From: Carcharhinus amblyrhynchos
Lineage: Eukaryota
NCBI GenBank assembly: GCA_965287045.1
Contig: OZ336881.1
Location: 49,600,001-49,664,000, forward strand
Direction: 5' to 3'
DNA: 64,000 nucleotides
Position numbers and translations under genes: made by a program. The notes under the pieces were generated by a model. It did not search any database and was not told the DNA's origin. It saw only the letters and a program-made list of their open reading frames with translations. The first letter of the stretch is position 1, and every line of letters starts with the position of its first letter. This document shows positions 49,831-61,779 of the stretch, one piece after another.

Positions 49831-49988
49831 CTGCTTTTGTATCTAAGGAGTTGTGAATGGTATTGCTAACTGCAATTCTATCACATGAACATTTTAACTC
49901 GAGATTACCATTTTAAATTTAGTGTAATGGTTCATTCAGTATACTGCTTGCATTGTGTTATTCTAATTATTCATTTTCTTCCTTATAG

Positions 49989-50044
49989 AAATGTACATTC
50001 TCGATCTGCTGGGCGTCCAACCATTAATCTTCTGAAGGAACAAG
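49989..50044 (+). CDS. TATDN3: TATDN3 exon: NVHSRSAGRPTINLLKEQ(G)
   Basis: ttatag acceptor, weak gtctaa donor; VHSR catalytic His motif. Confidence 0.95.
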
Positions 50045-51559
50045 GTCTAAATTTTAAATTATTTTTCAGTTTTATAGGGTGTCACATGCATATTGAGACC
50101 TGATTTTTCATGGAGAGTGAAGCGCCTTTGACAAAGTGGCGATGGAGCCATAAATCTGGAATTTCTACCCATATTTCCAACAGATGCTATTCTCACTGGG
50201 GCAAGGGGCTGGGTGGAATGGAGTGGAGTGGGACGTGATTCACACACATGAGAACCCAAACCCAGCAGTGCCAATTGAACTCAGTGCTGAGTTCCAACAG
50301 AGACCCCATTTTTACTGGAGCAAGGTCCATTTCCTAAAGTGTGTGACTAACAACTGTTAAGAGTGAATATAAATAGAAGATGAATACAGTGCTGTAACTG
50401 CCAAGTTATTTAAATCCCCTGTTCATTCAATTTTGAAAAGAGCAGCCTGCTGTAATTGAGTTAAAAAATCAGTGCTTACAATCTCAATGTCTGTTTGTTG
50501 ACCTAGATCTGAGGGTCATCATTATAGTATTAGCTTCACAGTGATTGACAGCTCCAAGTGATCATAAAGAGATTAGTTGTCTTTGATATGGGGCTATGAA
50601 TACAAATATTTGATTTTCCATGGGATTAAGTACTTAACATGATTAAAATTTATTGAATAGGCTTTTATCAATGAAAGTGTTTTTCCAATATAGTGAGAAC
50701 TATAATGGAAACTCAGCATTTCAATGTATTTCACCTCAGCGTGTCTTCTGAGGCCTGCCCAAGATGGATGTTGAGTGAGTTGTCTTGGGGGGTATAAATG
50801 GTGGATAGACATAGGTTGGCATGAATTGACTCTCAGTTGACATAGGGGCCAAAAGGGACCATGGGGATGAGTGAGGGTTCATGGTTGACATGAGTTGACA
50901 CCAAATTGGCATATGGGCTCTAAGAGGCATATGGGTAGAGGGTCCTCGGTTAGCATAGAAGCTATAAGGGGTCATTGGGGTGGTTGGCAGGGCATAGTTT
51001 GTCATAGCAGGCATGAAGGGGCATGGGGATTGGGTAGATGGGCATAGGTTAACATGGGGGGCATGATTTGACTTGGATGGGGCATGGGGAGTGTTTAGGT
51101 GTTGAGGGAGTGTAAGGGTTGAAGCTTAGTGGGCCTTACTATTTTTATTATAACTGGGACAAAGTTCCAGAGCACTAAGATGGACCTTTCAAAGAGGATG
51201 CAGGGCTGGACTCCAAAATGCACCAATGGTTCATGGCAGTTTCTCCCAAGTTAGGAGATTTGAAAGTGAAAATTTGGGTCTGACTGTTAAACAGAAATAT
51301 TTAAGGCAAATGGCATTGTTACATTATTGTTACTGTTATTCAATTAACTTCTTGCAGTCTTTTGCTCATTCCCATATCTCTACCTAAACTGGTATGCATT
51401 GTTGTTTAGTCCTCTTGTAAATTCTGTGGCATGCTTTTCCAGTTACAAGTGCTAAATTTATGTGTGGGATAATGGACTGCTTTGTACTTCTTTTGCCCTC
51501 CATTCCATCATGCTGAAGTGGTTGTCAAGTTCAACATTGTCCCACTCATAAAATAATTA

Positions 51560-52990
51560 CTGGAAATACACAGGTGATCAGGCAGCAACTGTGGAGAGAA
51601 AAACAATTAGGTTAGTGACCTTTCATCAGAATTAGGAAAAGTTAGAAATATAATAACCAAAAGAGAAAACAGTGGAAAATCTCAGCAGGTCTGGCAGCAT
51701 CTGTAAGGGGAGAAAAGAGTTGATGTATAATATAATGAATAAGAAATATAATAAACCTTAAGCAAGTAAAAGCAGTGAGAAAAAGAACAAAAGGGAAAGT
51801 CTGCATTAGGGTGGAAGACAATAGAAATTAAATGATCGAAGGGTTGGTGATGCAAGGTTAAAGGGAGTAGCAATGGTACAAGTTAAAGAACAAAGCTTGT
51901 GTCTTGAGAAGGTGGGAATGGCAGAATGATGACTAGCTACCATCCAAAGGCAAAATAAAAAGCAAGAGAGTAAAACCAAAACCAGCCAAGAGAAACACAA
52001 AAAATGGGGACAGAGGTTGTAGTCTAAAATTGTTGAATTCAGTGTTGAGGCTGAAAGTCTGTAAAGTAACTAATCGAAAGATGAGGGGTGGGATTTTTTG
52101 GCTGCACTTGCCCCAAAACTAGAAAATCCTACTCAAGGTCAATGGATTGTTCCATAGTCCACCCCTCACCCCTATGATTCCCATAGTGAGTTGAACAGGT
52201 AAATTCACCCTGAGGTGAAGCCTATATTGAGTTTTGCTGGACCACTGCAGGAGGCTGAGAACCGAAAGGTCAGCATGAGAGAAAAGAGATTAATTAAAAA
52301 GACAGGTGACTGGTAGCGTAGGGCCACTCATGCTTGTGTTCCATAAGTTATTCAATCTGCTTTCCCCTAGTGCGGAGCAGAGCACATTGTGAACAACAAA
52401 TTCAATATACTAAGTTGAAGGCAGTACATGTAAATCATTGCTTCAACTAGAAAGAGGATTTGGGGCCATGAACAGTGAGGACAGAGGAAGTAAAAAACGA
52501 GGTGTTGCATGTCCTCTCTTGACCTAGAAAGTGGCAATGAGAAAGAGGTGTGGATCATGGTGTTGCTGATAGAACGCATCCTTTGGAATGTTAAAAAGGG
52601 AGGGGAAGATGCGTTTTGTGAAGGCATCACACTGAAGGTGACAGAAATGACGGAGGATGATCCATTGAATACAGAGCCTGGTGAGGTCAAAGGTGAGGAC
52701 AAGGGGAATGTGCAACAAAGACAGAAAAATGGGAGAATGGAATACAGGAAGTGGGGTGTGAAGAAGTGTAGTAAAGGTAGTTGTCAGAGTTACTAGGCAC
52801 ATTCTTTGATAACCCATACCCAGAAATGAAGACCCAGAAGTCAATGAAGGGAACGGGAAGAATTTGAGATGGATCATGTGAAGATGAAAGAAAGGCAAAA
52901 ATTGGAAGCTTCTGTTTCTCTCACCACAGCTTCTACCTGACCTGAAGAGAATTTCAGATTTCCAATATTGGTAGAATGCATAGGGTGTAT
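51560..52990 (-). mobile_element. Degraded Penelope-like element (GIY-YIG end), with a small nested MITE at about 52087-52210
   Basis: IPLVLTF...IQWIILRHFCHLQ.D..TKRIFPS peptide; CTGGAAA..CTCAGCAGGTCTGGCAGCATCTG terminal repeats (related pieces at 60300-60460 and 62030-62130). Confidence 0.75.
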
Positions 52991-53071
52991 CCAAAGGAAT
53001 TGAAAACAGATTGCATAATGATACGATCTAAATTATTAGGCAATAAGACATTATTCTTTTTGTTTTTCTAG

Positions 53072-53184
53072 GAGCTAAGAAAGTGCTGCTTCATGCTTTT
53101 GATGGGAAACCCTCTGTGGCTATGGAAGGGGTGAAAGCTGGATTTTTTTTTTCAATTCCACCATCTATCATAAGAAGCGAACAG
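53072..53184 (+). CDS. TATDN3: TATDN3 exon: [37 protein letters not shown]
   Basis: tttctag acceptor, gtaaga donor; LHAF metal-ligand His. Confidence 0.97.
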
Positions 53185-53759
53185 GTAAGATCAAATATCA
53201 TAAGTTCTCAAAAAACATATGTGATAGGCATGTAGCAGTGATATTAACTAAAATAATGAAGACTCTTTTGAAGTCCCAGAACTTCATTGCTACGCTTAAG
53301 GCACAGTATTTGTGGAAAACAAAGTCCAAGATGCTTCTACAACTGTCAGTTTGCTCAACCACTCACACACCTCCACCCTTGAGGAACAAAACCTTGCTAC
53401 CTCTTGTGTGGGTCATTTCCTAGGATGGCTCCTTTGTTCACTTCCTCAAATCAAAGTGATACAATGTGAGCATATCTGCTGCACGATTGATTTAGCTTTT
53501 CTCGCACAAGGTCTGGCTGAACACAGGGGAGGTGATGGCCTATTGGTATAAACAAGACTATTAATCCAGAAACTCAGCTAATGTTCTAGGGGTGCAGGTT
53601 TAATCCAGCTGTGGCAGATGTTGGAATTTGAATTCAATTTAAAAAAATCTGGAATTAAGAATCTACTAATGACCAGAAAACCATTGTTGGTTGTTGGAAA
53701 AATCCACCTGGTTCACTAATGTCCTTTATGCCCATGTTCAACGAATTAATTTAAAAAAA

Positions 53760-55150
53760 CTTCATGGGCTGCTGTTGAACCTCATACTCTTTCATCAAAC
53801 TGCAATCCAAGATTCTTCTGAAGAGTAAAGATAACCTACCTTCTTTTCTATTGTGCCAACTGTCTCCTCAAACCCTTTCATACATGTCCTGTCTGCCATC
53901 ATCTCCAAAAATAAATCCAAGGAGCACTTAAACTTCTTTTCCACTAAGATTTCCTGCTACTTTTCTTCACGATTCCCTTTTCCATCAAGTCAAATGTCCC
54001 CACTGCTCTAGCCCTGAATCATTGTTCCTCTGTATTTCTCTCCAATGTTCCTTAATGCCTGCTTTGAGCTTATTTTGCTCTTGAAACCTTTGAGCTGTTT
54101 TCTAAAATCCATTTATACTAACTGCTGATCACCCAACCTTTCTTCCTGGCCCTCATGGCTAGTTGACATTGTCTACTGTCTCCATCAACCTCCAATGCCT
54201 TTTTAAACCATTGTTTCCTTAAAACACCCACTCTCGACCCCTCTGACCTTGCACATAACCACTGTATCTGCAGATTCCTTTTCCTTTTCAAAGTCTTCCA
54301 TACCTATGTGTGGAGTTTGCACATTCTCCTCGTGTCTGCTTGGGTTTCCTCCGGGTGCTCCAGTTTCCTCCCACTGTCCAAAGATGTGTGGTTAGGTTGA
54401 TTGGCTGTGCTAAAATTGCCCCATAGTGTCCTGAGATGCATAGGTTAGAGGGCTTAGTGGGTAAATATGTAGGGTTATGGGGGGGTAGGGCCTGGGTGGG
54501 ATTGTGGTCAGTGCAGACTTGATGGGCCAAATGGCCTCTTTCTGCACTGGAGGGTTTCTATGATATGTTCATTTTTCATGAAACTTCCTGTTTGAATCTC
54601 TCCAATTACATCTCTATGCCTTTACAACACCAAAATGGCCCTAACCAAGATTATAAATGACAAATCCTCTGTGACAGTGCTGCATTATCTGGTTTCATCT
54701 TCCTTCACCATTCAGCAGCCTTTAATGTGGTCTACCACACAATGCTCCTCCAATGCCTCTTAACCATTGTCTAGCTCAAGGGCCCACCACTTACTTCTAT
54801 CCTTCACTCTCTGATTGTATCCAGAGCATCTCCAGCAATGACTTCCATCTCATCACAGCAGTGTGATGTTTAGAATCTACCAAGACTCTATCCTTAGCCT
54901 TTTCCTCTTCTTTATCGATGTGCTGCAACGTGGCAACATCATCCTTAGACATGAGGTCAGATTCCACAAACATGCTAACAACACTTACTCAATTTCTTCA
55001 GCAGCTCTTTCAATCCCTCTGTTGTTCCTATGTTGTCAGACCACTTGTCTGGATGATGTCCCAATTTGGTTGAATTAAACACATCTCCTGCCTCAGCTTC
55101 TTTGATCAGGCTGAACTAGACTATTTGCAACCTTGACAACTAGAGAAAAC
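53760..55150 (+). mobile_element. Old L2 LINE fragments with a nested partial SINE (54305-54565)
   Basis: LDPSDLA.NHC...PFL.KV and RFHKHANNT remnants. Confidence 0.65.
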
Positions 55151-55595
55151 CATCTACCATATGAGGACAGAATTCAACTTATTGATGGTAATCTCCAATA
55201 TTCATTATATGGCTCCCACTTAGTGTGATCATGTGATTGCAATACTGAAGGTCTGTTGCCCCTCATAGGAATTCACCATTGCATGAGAATTATACCCTTA
55301 TTACTAAAGGGCAGAAAATTGCAGAGAGTAAAGAGAAAACTAACAAATTAGTCATGTTGCACATATATAAAACTTAAATGTTAATTTTCAGTATTCACTT
55401 AGGCATCTTTCACATATCAAAACTTTCTGCTACAAACCTGGTTTGTCATAGAAGGTTTTCCTTAGAGAGATTATCTTTAAACCACTACAATGAATAGTTT
55501 TAAAAATTGTTTGAAAGATTTTGTTGAATTTTCTGGATCACTTTTGGATTTGTATAGTCTGTAGACACACTGATTTACATATTGTTTTTCCCAAG

Positions 55596-55676
55596 AAGCA
55601 GAAATTGGTGAAGCAGCTACCACTCGAGTTTATCTGTTTGGAGACAGACTCTCCCGCATTAGCGCCAGAAAAACAG
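55596..55676 (+). CDS. TATDN3: TATDN3 exon: KQKLVKQLPLEFICLETDSPALAPEKQ
   Basis: ETDSP motif; gtaaca donor; tandem AAG-AAG-CAG acceptors make the exact start ambiguous (55596/55599/55602). Confidence 0.94.
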
Positions 55677-55729
55677 GTAACATTTGGAATTCTACGTGTA
55701 ATTGTCTTGGTAATATCAGGAGCGGGGGG

Positions 55730-56340
55730 CGTTGGGATCATCCTGATTACTTAATTACCAATTCTTCTGATCTTATGCCCCTTTCACTTTCTCAACCTCA
55801 CCTCGACATTCCGTTCCCATCTTCAACCCTTCTGATCCTGCCCACGACCCTTGAGACCTCGCACCACAGCTTTTATGATTCCACCCCCACAATCACTCCA
55901 CTTTCGCGCCCTTCCCTTTTAATCTCACCTGGACCCTTTCGATCTCAGAACCTCCACCCTACCCATCTCCCTGACCCTTCCAATCTTGGCCCTATCCCTT
56001 GTTATGTAACCCAAGACTTTCTGATCACGTCCCTGACCTTCTGATCCCATCCCCACCCTAATATTTGTAATCCTGTACGCCACCCCTTCTGATTTGTCCC
56101 TCCTTAACCCTTCTAATGCCTAACACCCTAGCTGACTCTTCTGTAGCAGTGAACCTCCCAATTTCATCCCCTATCCTTCCAATCACTCCACCCCTGACCC
56201 TTACAAAGTCCAACACTCCTACCCTTCTGTTCCACTGACCTTGCAGTATTCCCTGACGTAGGCCCTTCTGAACCTTCCTGACCTTGATCTTTCCAACCTC
56301 CTTCTTTAGCCTCCAATTGCATCCTCTCATCTCTGTGCTC
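55730..56340. repeat. Pyrimidine-rich degenerate repeat (CCTGACCCT-like units)
   Basis: Strong C/T skew with recurrent CTGAYCCT. Confidence 0.55.
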
Positions 56341-56764
56341 CCTGATTGCAGTCTGATGCTGAATGTTTACCTAACCCATGGCTAGTCAGTCTCTCAATCT
56401 AAGACCTGGAAACACAGCTAAAAACTATTAATCAGGTTCTGCTTCTTCAATCGATAGGACCTCAGGGAAAGGCGTTCTTCCGGCTTTTCCAACCTCAAAC
56501 AACCCCTCCATTCCCTTCATAAATTTCAGGGCTCTGTTAATTCCAAATGTCAGCCAGAGGGCAGGAAATTGATTAATATAGTAGCCATTTTTAAGAAGGA
56601 ATATGGAACTAATCAGAATAATTAATAGTAACATAGCTTAACATTTGTGGTGGGGAACATTTTAGTTCTTTAATTAACATAATGTTCTGAAATACCTAGA
56701 TTTTAAATATAGTTAGAATTGCTCAGCACAGATTTCATTTACTGTGCTTTATAGATCTGAATGA

Positions 56765-59630
56765 GGATAGAAACTTAGAAACTAGAAGCAGGAGTAGGTC
56801 ATTCAGTCCTTCAAGCCTGCTCTTCCATTTGTCTTGATCATGGCTGATCATCGAATTCAATATCCTGTTTCCCCCTCCCTTGATCCTTTTAGCCTCAAGA
56901 GGTATATCTAATTTTTTCTTGAAATCAGACAGCGTTTTGGCCTCAACTACATTCTGTGGTAGTGAATTCCACACATTCACCACCCTCTGGGTGAAGAAAT
57001 TTCTCTTCACCTCAGTTCTAAAAGGTTTACATAGGAACATAGAAGATAGGAGCAGGAGGAGACCATTTGGCTCTTTGAGCCTGCTCTGCCATTCATTAGA
57101 ATCATGGCTGATCATTCAACTCAATAGCTTAATCCTGCTTTTTCCCTGTAACCTTTGATCCCATTTGCTCCAAGTGCTGTATCCAGCCACCTCTTGAATG
57201 CATTCAATGTTTTGGCATCAACTACTTCCTGTGGTAATGATTTCCACAGGCTCCCCACTCTTCAGGTGAAGCAATGTCTCCTCACCTCCGTCCTAAATTA
57301 TCTACCCCAAATCCTTAGACTGTGGCCCCTGGTTCTGGACTCCCCACCATCGGGAACATCCTCCCTGTCTCTATTCTATCTAGACCTGTTAGAATTTTAT
57401 AACTCTCTATGAGATCCCCCCTCATTTGTCTGAACTTCAGCAAAAACAATCCTAACCTTTTCAATCTCTCCTCATACATCAGTCCCACCATCCCCAGAAT
57501 CAGCTTGGTGAACCTTCACTGCACTCCCTCGAGAGCAAAAGCATCCTTCCTCAGAAAAGGAGACCAAAACTGCACACAGTATTCTAGGTGTGGCCACACC
57601 AAGGCCCTGTATAGTTGCAACAACACATCCCTGCTCTTGTACTTGAAACCACTCACAATGAAGGTCAACATACTATTTGCCTTCTTTACCGCCTGCTGCA
57701 ACTGCATGCTTACCTTCAGTGACTGAATGCACAAGGACATCCAGGTCCTGCTGCACACTCCCCTTTCCAATTCACAGCCATTCAGGTAGTAATTTGCCTT
57801 CTTGTTTTTGCTTCCAAAACGAATAATCTCACACTTATCCAAATTGTACTGCATCTGCCACTGATTAGCCCACTCACCCAATATCCAGATCATTCTGAAG
57901 GATCTCTGCATCCTTGTCACAGTTCACCCTCCCACCCAACTTGGTATCATCTGCAAACTTTGAGATGTTGCATTTTGTTCCCTCATCCAAATCATTAGTA
58001 TATATTGTGAATATCTGGGGTCCCAGCACCGATCCCTGTGGCACCCCACTAGTTACTGCCTGCCAATTTGAAAAGCACCCATTAATTCCTATTCTTTGTT
58101 TCCTCTCTGCCAACCTGTTTTCTATCCATCTCAATACACTTCTTCCAATCCCATGTGCTTTAATCTTGCACAGTAATCTCTTGTGTGGGACTTTGTCAAA
58201 CACTTTCTGAAAGTCCAAATATATCACATCTACTGGTTCGCCTTTGTCAACTCTACTAGTTTCATTTTCAAAGAATTCCAACAGATTTGTCAATCATGAT
58301 TTCCCCTTCATAAATCCACGCTGTCTGATCCTGCCACTGCCTTCTAAATGCTTTGCTATAAACTCCTTGATAATGGATTTGAGAATTTTCCCCACTACCA
58401 ATGTAAAGTTTGCTGGTCTATAGTTTGTTGTAGTGTTCTATGTTCTATGTTCTATAACTCCCTGTTTTCTATCTCCCTTTTTGAATATTGGAGTGACATT
58501 AGCTACTCTCCAATCTGCAGCAACTAGTTCCAGAGTCTACAGAATCCTGGAAGATGACCACCAATGCATTCATGCATCCACTATTTCTAGAGCCACTTCC
58601 TTAAGTACTCTGGGATGTAGTCATCAGCCCCTGGGGATTTATTCACCTTCAATCCCATCAACTTTCCCAGTACCATTTTTCTACTAATATTGATCTCCCC
58701 CAGTTCTTCCCTCTCACTAAATCTTGCATTCTCCAACATTTCTGGTATCTGATTTGTGTCCTCTTTTGTGAAGACAGAACCAAAGTATGTATTCAGTTGC
58801 TCAACCATTTCTTTGGCCCCTATTATACATTCCCCCATTTCTGACTGTAGAGGATCTACATTTGTCTTCACCAACCTCTTTCTCTTCACGTATCTAAAGA
58901 AACACTTACTGTCAGTCTCTACGTTCCCTGGAAGCTTATTTTTGAACTGTATTTTCCCCTTCTTAATCAATCCCTTGGTCCTTTTTTGCTGAACTTTAAT
59001 CTGCTCCCAATTCTCAGACCTATTAGTTTTCTTGGCCAATCTGTATGCTTCTTAGATTGGATGCTCTCTCTAATTTCCTTTGTAAGCCATGGATTGATCC
59101 TCTTACCCACTTTGCTTTTGTGTCAGACAGGAGTAAACAGTTGCTGCAGCTCCCCCATGCGTTCCTTAAATGTTTGCCATTGTTTGCTATTACCCCATAA
59201 CCTCAAACTATGACCGTAATCCTGGACTTCCCCCAACACTGGGAACATTCTTTCCACCCTTTCTAATCCTGTTAGAATTTTATAAGTTTCTATGAGATCC
59301 ACACTCACTCTTCTGAACGCCAATGAATATAATCCTAACCAATTTAGTCTGTCTTCACGTGACAGGATGTGGAGATGCCGGTGTTGGACTGGGGTAAACA
59401 CAGTAAAAAGTCTGACAACACCAGGTTTTAGTCCAATCTTTACTATCAAAGGTTTACTATCAAATAAATCGGTTGGACTAAAACCTGGTGTTGTCAGACT
59501 TTTTACTGTGTTCACATGACAGACCTGCCATCCTAGGAGTCAGCCTAGCAAACCTTTGTTGTACTCCCTCTATAGCACGGACATCTTTCCTCAGATAAGG
59601 ACACCAAAACTGCACACAATACTCCAGGTA
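56765..59630 (-). mobile_element. Stacked CR1 LINE fragments (two 3' ends plus RT region, frameshifted)
   Basis: ORFs 57874..58293 (DFQKVFD, GVPQGSVLGP, FADD), 57516..57920, 58587..59039. Confidence 0.93.
59366..59510. mobile_element. 145-bp palindromic insertion (probably Penelope-terminus-derived) with a 12-bp target-site duplication
   Basis: Perfect 40-bp arms 59397-59436 / 59473-59512; flanks TTCACGTGACAG / TTCACATGACAG. Confidence 0.8.
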
Positions 59631-60489
59631 TTGTGATAGATGTGATAGGCATGGCAAATGGGAGAAATGTCAATGAATGTGGTGATCTTTGGGGAAATTC
59701 TTTGACAGAGTACCACATTAGTAAAGATTATCGGTATGGAATGGGAAAGGATAGAAATCTGGATTAAAAATCAGCTAGAAGGCAACAAACACAATGTAGG
59801 ATATAAAGGCAGTTTCTCAGAAAGAATAGAATGGAACAGGATTAGCTCTGGGACCACTCCTTCCTCTGTGTTGGTTGGTGATCATTAATTATCTTGCTAT
59901 TTTAGACCATAAGGTATATAAGCAGAATTAGGTCATTTGGCTCATCTACACTGCTCCTCCATTAAATCATGGCTGATAAAATTTTACCAATGTACCATAA
60001 TAGGAGGTATAATTAATTGTTTATGAGAACAGAGAAATATTAATGAAATATTAGTGAAATACTGATCTAATAATGGCAGATGAAATTCAGTGTCAGTAAG
60101 CAATATAACAGTTCCATTCAACATTTCAACAATTTCAGATTGTGAATTCTATCATTGCTTCCTTTTTGTTCCATCCTTCATTTTCTCCCTTATTTTTGCT
60201 TTCAGACAGCCACACATCTGCTGTAGGCACATCTTTGGTTTCTTTGTTTCTTTTTTTGCCCCATCACCATTTGCTTTGGCTCAGTAAGTCTAACTCTTCT
60301 GTCTCTCCTGTTTACACTCTATCACAAATCTTGTCCCAGCCAGCTCTTGTTCAAAGCCTATTATATCTCTGACTTTACCCAGTTAAAGGCCATCTCTGGT
60401 TAACTCTCCACAGATACTACCTGACCTGCTGAGTCTTGCTAGAATTTTCTGTGTTTATAACATTAAAGAGGTTGGCTAGAGGGGCTAAA

Positions 60490-61370
60490 ACAGACATCTG
60501 CAGATGCTTGGTTAGAAGCAATTTTCTTGGCATAGTTTGAAATACACCTTGCACTGCCTAATATGGGATTCAGGATGACTCAGGAACTGAAGGAGAGGGT
60601 GCAGGTTCTTGAAGCGGAACTGGAGGTTTGTAGAGGAGAAGGGATGTCCTGTATCTGCAGGAAAAGAAGTCCACCTTTCCCTCCTATTCTTCTGGCCTGA
60701 TCTCTTTCTCCCGTGCTTTTTGCAGACCAAAGCGACTCCCAGTAAGATAACCATGACCAAGCATTCCCTTTCTCGTGGTACCTCCGAAAAGGTAGAATAA
60801 GTAGCATGGTGCTTACTTTTTTTAGGTGAAGCCCTTGGAGAATTTTGAGAATACTGGTAGAACAGAATCATAGAATCCTACAGTACAGAAGGAAGCCCCA
60901 TCGAGTCTGCACCGACCACAATCCCACTTAGGCCCTATCCCCATAACCCCCTAAGCTAGTCTCCCTGACACTAAGGGGCAATTTAGCATGGCCAATCCAC
61001 CTAATCCACACATCTTTGGAATGTGAGAGGAAACCGGAGCACCTGGAGGAAACCCATGCAGACACCAGGAGAATGTGCAAACTCCACACAGACAGTGGCT
61101 GGAGGCTAGGAGTCGAACCCAGTCTGTGGTGCTGTGAGGCAGCAGTGCTAACCTCTGTGCCACCGTGCTGCCCCAATGTTGATGAAGTCTTGACACACTG
61201 TTCCAGAAAGTTCCCCAATGTGTCAAAAATCCTTCAAACCTGCAGCAGAAAATTAACAATAAAAGTTGAATATGCCTTTAAGTCAGCCATCATATTAGCC
61301 TTCCAGGTGATGAGCAAGAGATTGCTGCATTACTTAAGTGTTTATGTATGTATTGTTCATTTCTAAAATA
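60490..61370 (-). pseudogene. Fourth copy of the viral RdRp-like EVE (motif C/D/E region), split by a SINE
   Basis: FSAAGLKDF, FYQ...RASPKKS (60815-60829), YSTFSE, ERECLVM; nucleotide homology to 24870-25156 and 24300. Confidence 0.65.
60864..61174 (-). mobile_element. tRNA-derived SINE (HE1-type)
   Basis: GGGGCAGCACGGTGGCACAGAGGTTAGCACTGCTGCCTCAC head; CR1-type tail. Confidence 0.92.
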
Positions 61371-61613
61371 AGAAAGAGATCAGGCTGGAAGAACAGGAGG
61401 GAAAGGTGGACTTCTTTTCCCCACCAATGGAGGTGGGGGATGGGGGTGTTGTCCAATGTCTGTTGTGGGGGTCTGGAAGAGTATTACAGATGACAACAAA
61501 CATAATGTTCTTTTAATTTAGTTTGGATTAATTGATCTCTTTCTTTTACTGGAACTTACAACTGTACTGTATTGTGCTGAAAGTCCCTGGAACACAATTC
61601 TTCCTTTTTACAG

Positions 61614-61757
61614 ATGAGAAATGAACCAAAGAACATATCCATCTCCTGCCAGTACATTGCACAGGTTAAAGGGCTTTCAGTGGAGAATGTCATGGAAGTG
61701 ACAACGCGGAATGCATGCAAACTTTTCCCAAAGCTTCAAAAATTATTCTGTCGATAA
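61614..61757 (+). CDS. TATDN3: TATDN3 last coding exon: [47 protein letters not shown]
   Basis: ttttacag acceptor; RNEP...NA..LF TatD C-terminus; TAA stop. Confidence 0.96.
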   Translation: MRNEPKNISISCQYIAQVKGLSVENVMEVTTRNACKLFPKLQKLFCR

Positions 61758-61773
61758 CCCATCTTACCTCTGC

Positions 61774-61779
61774 AATAAA
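61774..61779 (+). terminator. Candidate polyadenylation signal AATAAA
   Basis: Canonical hexamer 16 nt after the TATDN3 stop; usage not demonstrable. Confidence 0.4.

Noticed and set aside
59640-60090. Possible additional plus-strand EVE
   Set aside because: Reads as very old CR1 RT (FDRVPH...WI.N.L) rather than viral sequence
61120-61174. tRNA-like A/B boxes
   Set aside because: SINE heads without a complete cloverleaf, followed by SINE body and tail
60609-61420. Plus-strand SAMD9-like words (SLLFFWPD, AYFFLG, KVDFF)
   Set aside because: They need frameshifts, the plus frames have stops shared with the 24.9 kb paralogue, and KVDFF is just the inverted-repeat copy; the minus frame is more open and has ordered RdRp motifs
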